This document shows, piece after piece, positions 60,537-64,000 of a stretch of DNA of 64,000 bases; position 1 is the first letter of the stretch; every line of letters starts with the position of its first letter. The stretch comes from Paraspadella gotoi (taxonomy: Eukaryota > Animalia > Chaetognatha): positions 1,021,238 to 1,085,237 of the forward strand of contig CM119270.1 of the NCBI GenBank assembly GCA_051294375.1, in the 5' to 3' direction. The notes below the pieces were generated by a model that was not told the DNA's origin, made no database searches, and worked only from the letters and a program-made list of their open reading frames with translations. Made by a program: the position numbers and the translations under genes.

Positions 60537-63534
60537 ATGACATTGGGCGGATCGGATCTTCGGGTGAGTCTTTGTCCAATCATATTAACTCATTAATTCC
60601 GATTAGAAATATTTTCGGTACTTCAGTTTTGAATTAAATCTACATTCTACCGCATTATATCCTCATTTTTAATCATTATTCCATTGAGGAGGATCAGCCG
60701 GACGGATCATCGGCGGCAGGCTCGCGACTTTATGCAAAAACAATGGGACAGAGGACACCCCTCTGTTTTTGATGACTATGCAATCCTAGTCCAACGTGTT
60801 TATTCATTAATTTTAAAATATATACATAATTCATCGTCTTCGTCGGTCACACCGCCCAGATTTCATTCCACTTCCATGCCACATCCAAAGTCTGGCCATG
60901 AGCGCCGACGCGAAGCTCCTCAGGCAGCGATGGCCGGAGCCGCGAGCCCTTCGGGCTCCGAGGCCGGGCGAGGCGGCCGCGACCACGGGCACGCACCGTA
61001 CCAGGGTCGGGACCAGGGAGCTTTCTCAGGTCGTGACCAGGACGGCCAATATCCTGGTTCCCAGGGACCACCATCCCGTCAAGCGGCACGGGATTCCAAA
61101 ATTTACCCGGCGCGAGATGTCGTGGCGCCTTACCCGGCTCAGGACGAACATGATGCTCGGCCGCAGCAGCAGCAGCAGCGTGATTCAGGACCTCGCCATT
61201 CGGCGCCGCCGCCGCCGCCCAGGGACCCCGGTCATTACCCGGGCCGATCCTCTTCTCGAATGATCGTCGAGGTCCACGCTCCTCATTCCTCAGAACCTCA
61301 GCAGAACCGGGGGGACGGACTCCAGCACCGCAGGGACGGACTCCAACCTCACGGGGATGGATCCCAGCACCACTCGGACCAACCTCACGGCCGCGGGGAA
61401 GGGCCGCCTCCGCGCCCGCCCGGTCAAGGGTTACTTCCACCCCCGAAGCCGGCTCGTCGGTCCAAGAGTTGGTCGACGGCGGACTTTCGCGAGATGGGCT
61501 TCTCTCGCGAGTCTCGCTCCGCCGGTTTGACCAACGGAGCGTCCGCTCGCGATTTGAGGCAGGAGGAACGAGGGCAGAGGGACGGACGTCCATCAGATCA
61601 GGTGAGGGGCGAGGGTGGGGGACGGGACGGGTAGATGGGTAAGTTAAGAGCTTGTGGACGCAACAAGTTTCAGCTCAAGAAAGATTTCATTCTTCTACGA
61701 GGTTAATTAGGACTAAGCTCTGACGAAAAAAGTCAGAGGTTTTTTTAATATATTCTTTGACCGGCCAATGTAGAATGATGGCAATATTGCTATTTTTAAG
61801 TTTCAAAAAAATCCGACCATAAATATAGAAAATATTAACCAAAATCTTCGGAAAATCCACCACTTCTTTGGAAGATTTTCGCCATATAAGATTTTTTCCG
61901 AATCTGACTCCCGGTTGAAAACTCTTAGAATTCTTTTACTTTTACTTTAAATAAAAATTTCAGCAAAATGGACTAATTCACTTTAACATGATCGTATCAT
62001 ATTAAAATAACCAAATGAAATGTAAAGAAAAATTTTGAGAGCCCTTCAGACATATTGCTATCGGATTCCTGAATTCGAAGTTTATTGTAAAATGACAACA
62101 TACCTTAAATGCGTTGACATTGTATTGAAGTTGAGAAATCCCTTTATTTTATATATAAAAATTGCGTCAAAAATATTTTCCCGAGCGGACCAGTCCATTT
62201 GAATCGAATGGTTCGATGTCAAAATGATGGTTATTTGTCAAGAGAAAAAAAATGCGAGCCCTTCAGATGCAACAGGATCGGAATCGAGTGTTTTTACATC
62301 TAATTTTTACCCGAATTTTTCCCAGGGGCGTTGACATTATTTGGTAGTCAGATTTTAACGAAAATCTCCATTGAAAAAGTCTTCCTCGATTTCTAAGAAC
62401 GATGTAGACTCCTAGGTTAATAACAGTCAAAAGGCTCAGATGCTGAGTCTAAAACAATAATGGTATAAAGAGAATGAGGGAAAACGATCGAGGGTAAGGT
62501 TGGTAAGGACAGTTTTGACCGAGGTCGCGTGTTGTTGTTGCTCCACAAGCTACTCATTTTAGAGATGAATAATTGCGATTATTAAACTAATTAACACTTC
62601 CGCAGCTCCATCACCGCCGTCAACAGCATCAGCAGCATCCACGTCAACCTGTCCAGCGCACAACAGTTTCTGAGCGTCATCAACTTCGCGCTAATCGTCA
62701 TCTCGCCGTCCCCAAGGAAACCGGCGTCCGCGATCGTCCCGAGCCGACTCTTGAAAAGTCGCACTCGACTCCGGCGGACGAAGGCTCCGCCGGCGCCTCC
62801 GTCACATTCGCCGCCAAAGTGGGCGACGCTTCCAACTCAGGCCAAATCCTCGCTCATCCTCCGAAGACGACAACGACGACGTCGGCGCGAAAGGGCGGAC
62901 GTCGCACTGTGGCCCTCCTCGCCTGCGGCTCCTTCAACCCCATCACCAACATGCACCTCCGCATGTTCGAGATCGCCAAGGACGCTCTGGAGAAGCGCGG
63001 CCAGTTCCGCGTTGCCGGCGGCATCATTTCTCCCGTCAGCGACTCTTACGGCAAGCTCGATCTCATCCCGGCCAAGCATCGTTGCCGGATGGTTCAGCTG
63101 GCCCTCAGAGGCAACGACTGGGTCAAGCTGGATCCTTGGGAGTCCGAACAGAGATCTTGGCTGGAGACGGCGCGGGTCCTTCAGCATCATCGCGACGCCG
63201 TGCGCGAACTTCAGCAGACGCTGCAGGCTCGGTTCCAAGGACGCGGCGGCGGAGGACCCGGTGGCGTCGGCGGCGTTTTCGGGGTGCCGAGTCCCAAGCG
63301 GAAACGCAAGCTGGATGAAGGGTTGGAGTCGATCGTCCGGCGCGCTAACGCCGAGCCCATCGAGCTCAAGCTGCTCTGTGGCGCGGATCTGCTGGAGTCG
63401 TTCGGCACGCCGGGGCTGTGGAAGAGCGAGGACATCGAGGAGATCGTGGGCAAGTTTGGACTCGTCTGCATCACTCGATCCGGGATGGAACCCAATAGGT
63501 TCATCTACGAGAACGACGTCTTGAACAGATTTAG
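60537..63534 (+). CDS. NMNAT1: Nicotinamide mononucleotide adenylyltransferase with a long low-complexity N-terminal extension; 3' end lies beyond the window
   Basis: LLACGSFNPITNMHLRMFE, GIISPVSDSYGK, WVKLDPWESEQ, NLS-like PKRKRK and KLLCGADLLESF. An upstream exon ending cag|gtgagg at 61600 joins in frame to the acceptor at 62605. The 5' exons are less certain. Confidence 0.85.
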
Positions 63535-64000
63535 GTGAGCAGGAAGTTTGGTTGGGGTGGGGAGAAAAATAGTAAGAGGGAATATAAGAACTTCATTTCG
63601 CTCACCATCGTTGGCAATCACTTTCAAAATCTAATTTACATATTACAGTAATCTGAAAATGTGATGGTTGAAGAAAAATTCTAGATTTTATAAAAAAGTT
63701 TTTTATAATTTTTTCATTTATTAAAACTTAAAACGTTTCTTTCGGTTTAAAAATTTATGAAATAGTTTTTATTATTTGATGGGGGGGAAGTCGTTTTTTT
63801 TTTCGACTATAATCTGTCAGACTTTAAAGCTAATGAGTTTATAAAACGCGACGATGAGACAATTAAAAATTCTTGCGATTACATCACTTACTTGATTTTT
63901 GTCATTACATCATTTTGTCTTTTATGTCAATATATGTCATGTAATTTTAGTTATTACGTCATTATGACTTTTATAAAATTTATGTCATTTTGAGTCATTT

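Overview
Intron-rich animal (metazoan) genomic DNA with GC-rich exons, AT-rich introns, many (GA)n/(CT)n microsatellites and signs of imperfect consensus quality (N gaps, local indels). It holds 13 recognisable spliced housekeeping or signalling genes, all on the + strand and mostly 0.26-1.25 kb apart (one gap of 2.2 kb): PPP6C (3' exon), ASS1, PKI, IKK-alpha/beta, SEC11, POLR2A, COPA, ATAD3, VTA1, ZRANB2, PDP, PRADC1 and NMNAT (runs off the window). The arrangement suggests an operon-like or trans-spliced organisation. Introns carry two copies and a terminal fragment of a 2.4-kb non-autonomous DIRS-like element (inverted terminal repeats, a right-end extension and an unusually placed internal complementary region), LINE 3' ends, a short dispersed repeat family, a recurring 20-bp octamer-containing motif, minisatellites and tandem duplications of exon ends. 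Splice signals are atypical: many AAG acceptors, degenerate donors, and G-rich 5' versus C-rich 3' intron ends. Exon coordinates and counts were read by eye and may be off by a few bases.
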